49,551 nt of DNA from Malacoraja senta (Eukaryota): NCBI GenBank assembly GCA_038087875.1, contig JAXLNO010000637.1:1-49551 (forward strand). The letters run 5' to 3'. A program made the translations under genes and the position numbers. Every line of letters begins with the position of its first letter. Position 1 is the stretch's first letter. The notes under the pieces were generated by a model that ran no database searches, had not been told where the DNA came from, and saw only the letters and a program-made list of their open reading frames with translations. Shown here one piece after another: positions 36,869 through 49,119 of this stretch.

Positions 36869-37436
36869 GCTGTGTCACTGATCACACCCATGAGCCTGAG
36901 CTAGAAGCTCAACACCAGGGGTAGTCTGGACACACAAGTGAGTCTCCCTGGCTGGCTACTGTGGTTCATGTCAGGGCTGCAAGATGCCAAGGAGAGAGCA
37001 AATAAACCTCATGGCCTTTACATGATACATGAAATTATAAAACTATGGGGGTGACAGAAGGTATAAAGAGGGAATGGAAACTATTTATATTACCGTGGCC
37101 TGAAAGTAGAGTCATGGAGTCATTTGGCAAAGAAACAAACCCTTCCATCCACTGTGTCAATACTGCTTGTTGTACCTGCCTCCACTAATCCAATTTACCA
37201 ACATGGTCATATTTGTAAATGCTGTTAATATTATATCAAAGAAGGAGTTGCTCAGTTTGTCTAATCAATGACCATTTCCCAAATTCGGTTCCCACTCAAC
37301 TTTGTCGGGTCAGATCACAAAGTAATTCCAATCACTGTCAAGGAAGTAATTCCATTCCATTCAAATTACTGTTGACAACATAAGATATCTTACAAAAATA
37401 ACTATTGACCAAGATGTTGATTGTTTCTTCCAATAG

Positions 37437-37554
37437 GCAGTTGCGCTGTGTCATTTTCTAGAAAACAACTGGAAGGAGTTTGATCTTAATGACAAAAATG
37501 TACTAGAATTAGGAGCCGGAACAGGACTTTTGTCTGTTGTAGCTTGCTTACTCG
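37437..37554 (+). CDS. METTL21C: METTL21C-like exon 3 (SAM-binding motif I, VLELGAGTGL)
   Basis: TTTCTTCCAATAG acceptor, CTCG|GTATGT donor; 118 bp, phase 0 to 1. Confidence 0.95.
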
Positions 37555-38516
37555 GTATGTATTATAAAGCATGCATATTTCCTTTTAGAAACGTTTTCTT
37601 TTTGGCAGCTCACCAATAACTTTATCAATTCATGTGGTGCCTTTAATGTAGAAATTAATCTTCGATGCACAAAAGTAAAATGGACACAAATCAAAGGGAC
37701 AGTGAGGGTGTGAAGTTTTCCCGAAGGGCTCAGTCCCTGCATGGGGTGGAGTAGACTGACCAGTGGAGAATACAAGGACACATGAAAATAGGAGTAGGAG
37801 TAGGCCACTCGGTCCCTCAAGCCTGACTCACCATCCAACCGATCCAACGGAATCTACTCCAAGCTTCAACTAGTGTAGAAGGTTGGGGAGCGCTCCCCCT
37901 TTGCTGGCCCACGGGCCGGCGATTGAGCCTCGTGGGTCGATGGAGCCCATAGCTGGGGCCTGGGTCGGGAGGGGGTGAAGAACAAAGGGTGACCTGGCGT
38001 GGAGGGGGGGGGGCGGAGTTTGTAACTTTGTAATCGCCCTTAATGGGCGACTATTTGCATACCTTGGGTATTCAGCTCTGTGGAACAAGTCTTGGATGAT
38101 TGCAGTCTCCTCAGAAAACATACATTGCCAGGCTCAGGAACAGATTGCATCCTGCATCTTTTCCCACCACCATTAAACTCAGAAGTGGACAATATGGATA
38201 TGAGCTGATACATAGTTTCAGATTTAAAAAAATGTACATCCTACCTGGCCTCCAATAACAGGATCTCGACCCGAAACGTCACTCATTCCTTCTCTCCAGA
38301 TATGCTGCCTGTCCAGGTGAGTTAATCCAGCATTCTGTGTCTGTCCCCAATAACCTAGCAATTTTATGTTCACCCTTATGCTTCTCCCAAATGTATTAAC
38401 TTGTGAAGTACCCGATCAGTATAATCAAGAATTTTTATTTAAAGAAATCAAAATGAAATTTTATATGCGTGTTTATTAATGTACAGAAGGCTGTTTAATT
38501 ATGATGTTATCTATCT

Positions 38517-39918
38517 ATCTATCAGTAAAACTCTGATCTTGTGCTCTTCCGGTTTGCGCGGTTTATCTATTGCGATAGCGATAGCGCTACAATTCTTCTC
38601 CAGGTTACTCACCGTTCTCCTGTGCTGCAAGTGCAACAAGTTTCGTTCTGATCAGTGGTATATTGTAAAAGATATAGAGGTTTAAAACCCCCCAAAAAAC
38701 GCACGTGCGCAGATTCCTTCAGTCAGCGCCACGCAGATTGGTCTCTTCTCCTGTCAGTAATGCCACGGCCGGGATGGCGACGCCCCTTCCTACTCCACCA
38801 ATGGCGGCCGGTCCCGCCTCACTCACAAACTCCTCTCTCCCCTCCTCACAGTAACTTGTCTATTGTCTCCCCCACCACCGGCGGCGGCCATAGGGGACGG
38901 GGGGGGGGGGGGTGTGTGTTCAGTGGAGGCCCAGTGGAGGCTCTGGTCCCGTCTCTCGCTCCCTCATCACTCACCGCTCTTCCCCGCCCGCCCTCTGCGG
39001 CAATGGCGGTCCCATCTACCTGTCCCCCTAGGACCGTCTTCTCAGCTGCCGCCGTTGCAGTAACTCACCCTCACGGCCTTCTCGGAGGACATCTTCTCCA
39101 CCAGCTCATCGAAACTTATGGGGCCAACCGTGTCGAACACCAACTCCATCTCTTCCCCCCCCCCAGGGTGGGGAGGGTGGGCAGGGTGGGGATGGGCCGA
39201 GCGGCAGCGGTGGGCGGTCGGACAGGACGGGAACGGGCCGAGCAGTTTGCGCGGAATTTGAGTAACTCACACAAACATGATGCAAACTGGTCCAATCGTC
39301 AAGGCAACAGGATCTAAAGCACAGCTAACAATGAATGACCTTGGAGGAAGGAACTGCAGATGCTGCTTTTTATGGAGGGAGTGAGGGAGGAAGGGAGGGA
39401 GGGAGGGAGGGTAGGGAAAGGAGAGGGAGGGAGAGGAGGAGGAGAAGGGAAGATTCTGTGGAGGTGAGGAGGGAGAGTGGGGAGATTGAGGGAGAGGAAG
39501 CGGTAGGGAGGGAGAGGGGGAAAGTGGGGGAGGTGAGGCGGGTGGGAGAGGAGGGGGTACAGACGGAGAGGAGGGCAGTGGGGGGGTCAGGAGGGATAGT
39601 GGGTGGGATAGGCGGAGGTGTGGAGTGCTGATAGAGGGATAGGTGGGGGGTAGGGATGGGTGAGGAGTTATGGAGGGAGGGAGGGAGTGACAGGGTAGGG
39701 GAAAGGAGAGGGAGGGATTGGGGAGGGGAAAGAAGAGGAGGGGGAGGGAATGCTGGGGTATGAGGGGAAATGAGCCGTACCTGCGCCGTTGGGGGCTATT
39801 GGGGGACGGGTTGCATTGGGGGAACCGGTGAGTGGTGGAATATTGCATTGGGGAACGGGTTGCTTTGGGGGACCAGGCGTCCCGTGTGACAGGGACCCGT
39901 GGGTCCCACTTAGTCCAG
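38517..39918 (+). mobile_element. Non-autonomous Helitron-like element in intron 3
   Basis: 5' TC after A; 3' hairpin GGGACCC-GT-GGGTCCC (39892-39907), then CCAG|T (one mismatch to CTAG|T); no TIR or TSD. Confidence 0.65.
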
Positions 39919-40001
39919 TTATAATTATAATATAGTGAATATTGAAATCTAGTGACAAGCCATTAAGTCTGAACCGATGCCTCATTTTCTTTTCCTCTCA
40001 G

Positions 40002-40405
40002 GTGCTTATGTAACAGCTACCGATCTTACCTGTACGATTGGTAACTTACAAAGTAATCTTATGAGAAATACACGAAACAGAAGCAAACATCAACCTCAGG
40101 TTAAGGAGCTGGCTTGGAATGTAGATTTAGATAAAAACTTCCCTCACTCTGATGTTCATTACGATTACATTCTAGCAGCTGATGTTGTTTATCATCATGA
40201 CTATCTGGATGAGCTACTGGTCACTTTTGATTACTTCTGTCAACGAAGTTGTGTCATATTGTGGGCAAACAAACTTAGATTTAAATCAGACTATGAATTT
40301 TTGGAAAAATTCAAGTTAATGTTTGACACATTCGTTCTGGTAGAAGATACAAATTCTGAAATTGTAATAATTAAAGGGATAAGAAAGTGCAATAACAAAC
40401 CGTAG
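40002..40405 (+). CDS. METTL21C: METTL21C-like exon 4 (VTATDL, DYILAADVVY, WANKLRF..DYEFLEKFK)
   Basis: TTTTCCTCTCAG acceptor; the four exons total 768 bp = 255 aa plus stop. The C-terminus resembles METTL21C more than METTL21E (from recall). Confidence 0.93.
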
Positions 40406-41629
40406 TGCAAATTTCACGCAAGTTTTCATAGCATCATTCTCAGTGAAAAGACTTGTTTCTTTTAAATCCATTTAATTAGAGATACCTTATTCAAAACATA
40501 TAAAGTTTACAAATGTAACACTTTGCTCAGTTCTAATTCACATGTTACCCTTATCTTGTATGGCAGCTGATATTGTAACACTAAACTCTAGAATATATTG
40601 GAAGATTTTTCAAGTTACCAATAGCTTGCACTCTTCATCGCATCGGCTGTGTTAGTTTTGAATTTATAGGTGACATCTGCTGTATATTTAGTTAGAAATA
40701 GGATTTAGTGAAAGGTTTAGTCAATTTATTGATCAGATCTATATAATTTGTATAAGCTAAACAAAATGAATGTTGTATTTACTAAAGAAATACTTTAATA
40801 TTGACGTAAACCTAATTAAGAGGATGTACAATGAGGATATTTAACCACTGAAGCAGAAACGCAATTTTCTCTATCCTGTCAAATTTATTTCCTGTTTATT
40901 GTGCATCATCAAACAGTGCAATATTATAGACAGTTTGTTTACAGCACATTAGCACAATATAGCCTTTCATATTCTGATACATGAATTGATTTTGCATGTA
41001 TTTCTATTAAAATTTCATTTTCTATACTTGTTTCTATTTTATCATTTATTTCTTACCTGTATGCAAATTTTGGAACCATGGTTTTACTGATATTTCCATG
41101 TTTTAATCTGACTGCCTTAGCCCATAATGTATTTCAAAAGTAAACTGTGTGTGTGGCTGAGTAAAAGAAATGCATTGAAAGTGCTTTTCAGGCACAGAAG
41201 TAGTTGTAAAGTTTGGATTAAACTTTGCACTCAATACTTAGGAAATGGGCAACAAGAACAAAGGATGGAATGAGTTAATGGATGTGTGTTAAATTATTAG
41301 CCAAGACAATGTACTGAAATTATATATTTAATGCAGATACTGTCACAGTTCAAGTTTGTTAAAACTTATATTAAATGCTGGGGTCGATTTTAATCATGGC
41401 AATGGATATGGGCCTGAACTATTTCACATGGTGACACTTCTGACCAGATGCACATCCTGTACAAGAGTGCAAATGGGTCTCTCTGACTCCAACATAGTGT
41501 AATATTGAACAGTCCCATGGTAACTAAAATGGGAAAGAGTTAAGTCTGAGCTGGTGCAGTGAACACAGGTCTGTTTAAATGTCAGAGGAACATCCATACT
41601 GCTCTCAAACCCTCATAAATGATTTAAAC

Positions 41630-42573
41630 CAGTGCTCAACCTGGGCGCTACCGCCCACTAGTGGGCAATTTAAGCTTGCAGGTGGGCAGCAGAATGATAA
41701 CCATATAACCATTACAGCACGGAAACAGGCCATCTCGGCCCTTCAAGTCCGTGCCGAACATAAATTTTTTAAAAAAAAATACTTCCCCCTAGTCCCATCT
41801 ACCTGCACTCAGACCATAACCCTCCATTCCTTTCCCGGCCATATACCCATCCAATCTATTTTTAAAGGATAAAATCGAACCTGCCTCCATCACTTCCACT
41901 GGAAGCTCATTCCACACAGCTACCACTCAGTAAAAAAGTTCCCCCTAATGTTACCCCTAAACTTCTGTCCCTTAATTCTCAAGTCAATGATGTTTTTAAT
42001 GATGTATTAAAAACATCCAAAATATACAAACTCAAATCTGTGAGAGAATGTATGTGAAAAGAAAAAGTTACTATCATTTTAGCAAAAAGTATTTGAATTA
42101 TGTATTTTAAACTTTTATGCTGCATTAATTTGTAACTATGTAAAATATTGTAACGTTTAACCGCCATCAAACCCCCCGGGAGCCGGAGCAAAGCCGGGCA
42201 CGAGCCCCCTCCCCGCTGGCTGCGAGCCTGGCCCGACACCTGCGGCTGCCTTGGATGGGGACGGCCCAGCGGCGGCTGTCGGTTGGCCCGGCGGGGCGGG
42301 GAGGGGGCGGGGCGGACGCTGCTTCTCCGCGCTGGCTGTGGGCCAACCGACAGCGGAACTCTCCTGCAGACACCCGCCCAATATAAGCCCCTCTCCCATT
42401 CCCCACTCCCTGCCTCCTCCTCTCTCCTGCCATCTATCCCGTGTGGAGAATCGCACCTGCCCTCCCCCGCCGCGGCCCCGCCGCCAAACGACAGCCACTG
42501 GAAAAGGTGAGAGGCGCAGCGGATTGTGAGGAAGGGGTTAATAGGTATAGTTGATTTAAACTAAGAACCCTTT
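41630..42573. mobile_element. Possible degenerate hAT-type non-autonomous element with a nested LINE 3' fragment (~41697-41985, minus)
   Basis: ATTTAAAC|CAGTGCTCAACC at the left and AAGAACCCTTT|GTTTAAAT at the right; weak TIR and TSD. Confidence 0.3.
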
Positions 42574-42592
42574 GTTTAAATGGTGACATCTC

Positions 42593-43099
42593 TTTTTTTT
42601 ATTTTTTTTTATTTTTATTTATTAGTACATTACATTACAACCACATACATTAGTACTCGTCATTTATATCTTCTTACAATTAATGTACTCCATTTATTTT
42701 TTACACTAGAAAAGGAAAAGATTGAAAGAAAGAAGAAAGTGAAGGAAAAAGTGAAAGTGTAGGAAATGTGACAACAAAAAAGGACGAAGACCCTATAAGA
42801 GCAAAATTAAAAACAAAAGAAAAAGAGTTAAGAAATAGACCCTAGGAAAGAAAGAGAGAGAGAAAGAGGAAAAAGAGAGAAACAAATATTTTTATGAGCA
42901 TTACGTAAATGGGACATACCAACTCTTCAACTATCATCCCCCCCTTACCTGACCTCAATTTTTTTTTTTTTTTTAAGTACTTTTGCACCCTATGTTTGTA
43001 ATAATTCTATAAATGCAGACCACGTCAGGTGGAAGTGATCTGGTTTACCTGCTAGGTGTAATGTTTCAAACATATTTGAAATCCACATATTTATAGTTG
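42593..43099 (-). mobile_element. L1 3'-end fragment, same family as copies A and B but a different 3'UTR variant
   Basis: T-tract at 42593; aligns to 16840-17388 with many UTR differences and a ~22-bp deletion at AGG microhomology near 43056. Confidence 0.93.
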
Positions 43100-43105
43100 T
43101 GGATT

Positions 43106-43264
43106 TGCAATGGAAGGCATTTAAAGACTGCATGGATGAACTACAACAATTGTTCATCCCAGTTTGGCAAAAAAATATATCAGGGGAGGTAGTGCATCCA
43201 TGGATAACAAGGGAAACAAAAGATGAAGCGTACTAATTAGCCAGAAAAGACAGCCTACCAGAGG
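43106..43264 (+). repeat. 159-bp CR1 segment, inverted copy of 23102-23260
   Basis: Identical to the reverse complement of copy A's 5' flank, including the 23188 variant. Confidence 0.95.
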
Positions 43265-43453
43265 TCCGGTGGCGTCATGTTAGACTAACAGACGTGCACC
43301 CAGCTCCTCTCCCGAAAAACTTCACGATTTATCGTGTAAAACGGGTCCGAAAATCGGGATTGTTTTTAAAAACCTTACCGGAGCTTCTGGTTACCGCGCT
43401 GATGACGTCATCGTTAAACGCGATGTTTTAAACGGTGGTTTGAAGCCCTTTAA

Positions 43454-44524
43454 ATGAGTAAATTGACTCCAGCTGTGAGCCCTCAGAGAGCTGTGAATAA
43501 ACTGTCGAAACAGTTCGAAACTGAAGTTACCTCTGAAGTCTCTGAAGTGGCTGCAGAAATGGATACAAGATCTAAGAAAGACTTTGATGACTTGAAAAAA
43601 TCAATGAAAAATTTGAAAGATGAGATCTCGGATAATAGGGTGGAAGATAAGAAGGAAATGAAGGAAAATTCGGCAAAAATGATGGAAGGAATGCAGAAGA
43701 TGATGAAGGATTTAAATGCTGGTAACCAGAAGAATATGACGGATTTACTGGACACTATGAATAAACGAATTGATGAGGTGAAAGATGGACTATCAGAGAA
43801 AATGGATAAGATGGATGTAATTACTACGGATAAGTTCACGGCTGTACTTGAAACAGTAGCTGCAAGTATGCAGACAATTACGGAATTGGAGAAAAATACG
43901 GCACGACTGGTTGAAGACATGGCGAAATTGAGGCAAGAACATGAGCAAATGAGGCGAGAAAACGAACAAGCATCACTACAAATGGGGACTCAATTAGAGA
44001 AAGTCTCATTCAAATGCCTGGACCTGGAAGCTCGTTCTAGACGCCAGAATCTGAGGATTCTTGGTGTTTCAGAGGGGGCAGAAGGGGAACAGGTACGTGA
44101 ATTTGCCATGGGCTTGTTGAAACAACTGTTGAATCTTCCCAAGGAACCGAAAATCGAAGTGGCTCATCGTGTCCCAAGATTTGGAAAAAGATTTGATGCG
44201 GGAAAAGCTTATCCACGACATATTATAGTGAAATTTCGAGACACTGCAGAACTGGAATATGTTATGACAAAAATCAAATATGGTGTACAATTACGGCTGG
44301 ACAAAGACACTATTAAGATATTCAGGGACTACCCACATGAAATTGTGCAAAAAAGAAACAAATTTGATAAGGTTAAAGATCTTTTAAGAGGGAGAGAAGG
44401 GGTCAGATTCGGGGTTTTTTATCCCGCTAAAATGCGTATTTCTTTTAATGGTCTTGAAAAGTCATTTGTTAAGCCTGAAGACGCTTTCAAATATGCCCAA
44501 ACGATTGTTGAAAGACAGAAATAA
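43454..44524 (+). CDS. L1 ORF1p, 356 aa
   Basis: Same motifs as copy A ORF1, with a 3-aa insertion (DTR). Confidence 0.95.
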   Translation: MSKLTPAVSPQRAVNKLSKQFETEVTSEVSEVAAEMDTRSKKDFDDLKKSMKNLKDEISDNRVEDKKEMKENSAKMMEGMQKMMKDLNAGNQKNMTDLLDTMNKRIDEVKDGLSEKMDKMDVITTDKFTAVLETVAASMQTITELEKNTARLVEDMAKLRQEHEQMRRENEQASLQMGTQLEKVSFKCLDLEARSRRQNLRILGVSEGAEGEQVREFAMGLLKQLLNLPKEPKIEVAHRVPRFGKRFDAGKAYPRHIIVKFRDTAELEYVMTKIKYGVQLRLDKDTIKIFRDYPHEIVQKRNKFDKVKDLLRGREGVRFGVFYPAKMRISFNGLEKSFVKPEDAFKYAQTIVERQK

Positions 44525-45328
44525 AAGGGAGCTTTGGCAGATCCGAATAATTCTCAGCTATGTTTTGTCTGGGGATAGTTACATTGTTATCTCCGGAATG
44601 TTGAAGCAAGGGCATTTTCTGTTCAAAACGTGTAAACAACTTTATAACGGGATATGAATTAGAAAATAATTGCTTATTGATTAAAATGTTATAACCAATT
44701 GTAAGAACTTATCCTATTAACAATTTTAAAAGTTATGCAGGTTAGATTAGAATACTAACAAAAAAAACAAAAAAATAATGAACTAACATACTAATATGAA
44801 TTTTTAATAAATTGTAACCTTGTCTATAAGCGGGAGGAGGGGATGAGAAACGAGCTCCTGGCTTATGTCCAGGAGCACGTCTCGTTAACCCCTTCAACCA
44901 ACAGCTGATTCTTATTGAAATCAAAAATATTGGTTTAATAATTAAACTCTGATATATATATATGTTATAAAGAAATATCAGGGTAAAATTGTATTATATA
45001 TATGAATGTGAGGCCTCGTTTTAATATTTTAATATGTTATGATTAACTAAGAGAGCGGAGCGAGTTGAGCAACAACGCAATGGAAGTCAAAATAAGGTTT
45101 TTCCCCACCTACAGGTGGGTCACTTGCTACAGTGCCGACTATAGACACTGTAGCCTCACTTTTTTAGTTTTTTTTTATTACATAAAATCACTTGTTTGTG
45201 TTTTGTGTTTAGTGATAAGAATAATATGGACATACCAACAAAAGTTAATAATTCAAAAACTCCCCCAATACCTAAAGACCTGGGATATGGACGCACCACA
45301 AGATTCAAAGGTACTATAATTATTCAAA

Positions 45329-48300
45329 ATGCATGACACCACACAAAAGAACCTAGGAGGAGTCTCATTTTGTAGTTGGAATATAAGAGGTATTAATGAA
45401 CCTATCAAAAGGGGTAAGATATTAGCTCAGCTAAAAATGTATAATTCTGACATTACCTTCCTACAAGAAACACACCTAAAACCTCAGGACCAAGTTAGGC
45501 TGAGGGCGAAATGGATAGGTCAAACATACCACTCTTCATTCACTTCAAAATCTAGAGGCACGTCAATTATCATAAGAAAAGGTATACCATTTAAAGCAAA
45601 GAATATTATAACAGATATAGAAGGGAGATACCTAATAGTTAATGGAGAAATCCATGACACTCCACTTACTTTGGTAATTATATATGCCCCTAACTTTGAT
45701 AACCCCCACTTTTTCAATAAAATCTTCAATATAATTGCAGAGTCAAACTATCAAAATGTTATAATAGGCGGAGACTTTAACTGTGTTTTAGACCCGTACT
45801 TAGATAAATCAAGTCAAAAACAGAGAGGGAATATGAAATCGAAAACTGGGGAACTCCTCAATACCTACATAAACAACACTAATATAGCAGATGTTTGGAG
45901 AATTGTGAATCCAACTGGCAGGGAATATTCGTTTTACTCAATGGTACATAAGACATACTCACGTATAGACTACTTTCTGCTGGATACAAAATTAATCCCC
46001 CAAACATCTAAGGCAATATATCATACAAATTCAATTTCAGACCATTCTCCACTAACTTTCTTTTAAAACTGGAAGGATTGTCTAAGAATAATTCATTCTG
46101 GAGATTTAACTCTCAAATTTTAAAAGATCCACAAGCGAGTATATATTTAAAAGAACAAATGGAGGTCTTTTTTCAAACAAATGATACTTCAGATATATCG
46201 CCTACTTTACTTTGGGAATCTTTTAAAGCATACATTAGGGGTATTATAATTTCATATCAAGCTTTTCAAAATAAAAAGAATAAGAATGAACAAAGACAGT
46301 TAGAAGAACTTATTAGACAAATGGATATAGATAATGCTAAAGATCCATCAATAGATAAACATAATAAAATAATAATTTTAAAATTTAAATTAAATAAATT
46401 ATTATCTGCCAAACTTATAAGACTTTTTCAAATTACAAAACAAGAGCACTTTGAATTTGGGGATAAACCGCATAAACTTTTGGCTCGCCAGCTAAAAAAA
46501 CGAGAAAAGGAACATACTATACCAAAGATCAAATCAGATAAAGGGGAATTATTAACAACACCGAAGGATATTAATAAAAGATTTGCGCAATTTTACGAGA
46601 ATTTGTATACATCTAAAACGATAATTGATTCCAATAATATCACAAAGTTCTTGGATACCTGTAATCTTCCAAAGTTAGAGCTGAAGGAACAAGAGGAACT
46701 GGGTGCACAAATCTCAATTAAGGAATTAGAAGATACAATAAACTCACTAAAAAATGGAAAAACACCAGGCCCTGATGGATTTACTAATGAATTTTATAAA
46801 AGCTTTTATGATAAAATAATACCAAGATTACAAAAAATGTACCAATACGCTTTAAAAAAACGAATACTACCTGATACATTAGCGGAATCAACGATTACAT
46901 TAATACCTAAGAAAAATAAGGATTTAGAAGAACCTGGCTCATATAGAGCTATAGCATTGTTAAACACAGATCAAAAAATATTAGCGAAAACATTAGCCAG
47001 AAGATTAAGTAAATACATTAGTAAATTAATAAACCCAGATCAGACAGGGTTTATCCCTAAGAGATACTCTTCTAATAATATGAGACGTCTACTCAACATA
47101 ATGCACTCACACAAATCTGAAGATCAAGAATTATCAATTATTTCGCTGGATGCTGAAAAAGCATTTGATCAAGTAGAATGGAATTATATGGATAAAGTAT
47201 TACAAAAATTTCAACTGGGAGAGAATTTTATTTTATGGATTAAGTTACTATATAACAAACCTACAGCTAGAATACTTAGTAATAACATATTATCCTCGAA
47301 ATTTCAACTATCAAGGGGAAATAGACAAGGATGCTCATTATCACCACAGCTGTTTGCTCTCATTATTGAACCGCTAGCAGAAAAAATTAGAATACACCCT
47401 GATATTCATGGATATAATACTAAAGACTCATATAATAAAATATCTTTATACGCGGATGATATATTATTGTATATTACAAAACCTCAAATCACTATACCAA
47501 ATATATTAAATTTAATTGAAGACTTCGGATCTTTTTCTGGATATAGAATAAATTGGAATAAAAGTGAAATTATGTCAATAAAACCGAAAGATTCAACACA
47601 TCTTTTAAAATTCCCTTTTAAAATAGCTACAGAAAAATTTAAATATTTGGGAATCGAAATTACCAGAGCATATCAAGGTATGCTCAGGGCAAATTTTGAC
47701 CCCCTACTTAATAAACTGAATACATTAATTAAATTCTGGAAAACGCTTCCGATGTCTTTAATAGGCCGAATAAACGCAATAAAAATGATCTTTTTACCAC
47801 AAATTTTATACCTATTTCAATCAATTCCTATATACTTACCTAAGAAGTTTTTTAAAAAACTCGACTCAGATATCACTAATTTTATATGGGACTATAAATC
47901 ACATAGAATACAAAAAACCCATCTGAATAAATCTAAAGTATTGGGGGGTCTAGCACTACCCAATTTTATGTATTATTATTGGTCAGTAAATATTAAAAAC
48001 ATGATTCAACTGATGGATAACTCCGCCCAGCAAGTAGACTGGATTGTAATGGAGAAAGAGGATTGCTCCTCTAGAAACATTGGAGCGATCCTCCTCTCTC
48101 CAATGAAATTGAATAACATAAACTATAATAAGAACCCAATTATTCATAGTACAATCCGTATTTGGAAACAAATAAAACAAAATTTAAAATTAAGAAACTT
48201 ATCACTTTTATTACCTATAGTCAATAACCCTTCGTTTAGTCCTTCTATTATAGATAAAGCTTATACACAATGGGATAGACTAGGAATTAAAACGCTTGGT

Positions 48301-49119
48301 GACTTGTATGAAACTGGAAAATTACTTTCATTTCAACAATTACAAATAAAATATAAACTCGGAAATAATCAATATTTTAAATACTTTCAAATATGCGACT
48401 ATTTGAAAAAATATATAAAAGATCATCATAATAACCCAGCAGATGTACTGGACGAGGCAATGCAGATAAAAGCGGAATCAGCAAACTTAATATCATATTT
48501 GTACAATATTATCTTAAATGTACAAATACCATCTACGGAGGGTATCAGAAGAGACTGGGAACAAGAGTTAGCTATTAAAATTTCAAAGGAAAGTTGGAAT
48601 GAATACTTATTAAAAGTACATAAATGCTCGATTAATGTAAGACACACTTTAATACAATTTAAAATTTTACATAGATTATATTATTCGAAAACTAAAATTC
48701 ATAAAATTTTCCCAAACGTATCATCTATTTGTGATAAATGTCAATCCCAAGAAGCAACTATAGCGCACTCATTTGTCTTCTGTACAAAAATTCAAAAATT
48801 TTGGAATGAAATTTTTGAAATCTTTACAAAGTTATTTAAAACAAGACTGATACCCAAAGCAGAATGGATTATCTTCGGAATAACGGAAGATGATCCAGAA
48901 CTAAATGTGTTTCAAAAGAAATTAATGGATTATGGGTTAATAACTGGAAAAAAGCTAATTCTAAAATTTTGGAAGAAGGCTCCAATACCAACTATAAATA
49001 TGTGGATTTCAAATATGTTTGAAACACTACACCTTGAAGAGATAAGACTCCTCCTAGCAGGTAAACCAGATCACTTCCACCTGACGTGGTCTGCATTTAT
49101 AGAATTATTACAAACATAG
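45329..49119 (+). pseudogene. L1 ORF2 with a 1-bp deletion near 46061-46064
   Basis: T4 where copy A has T5, splitting the endonuclease (45329-46066) from the RT (46078-49119); a homopolymer sequencing error is possible. Confidence 0.85.

Noticed and set aside
38655..39985. ORFs of 220 and 193 aa in intron 3
   Set aside because: Low-complexity GC-rich interior of the Helitron-like element; no Rep or helicase motifs.
42160..42540. CpG-island-like block with GC boxes and CCAAT
   Set aside because: No associated exon visible and it lies within a probable repeat; a promoter cannot be supported.
42593..43099. Classical twin-priming 5' inversion of copy B
   Set aside because: The inverted piece has its own tail, overlaps sequence already present in B, and is a different UTR variant.
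46055..46070. Programmed ribosomal frameshift at TTTTAAAA
   Set aside because: Copy A is continuous here; a 1-bp homopolymer deletion or sequencing error is simpler.
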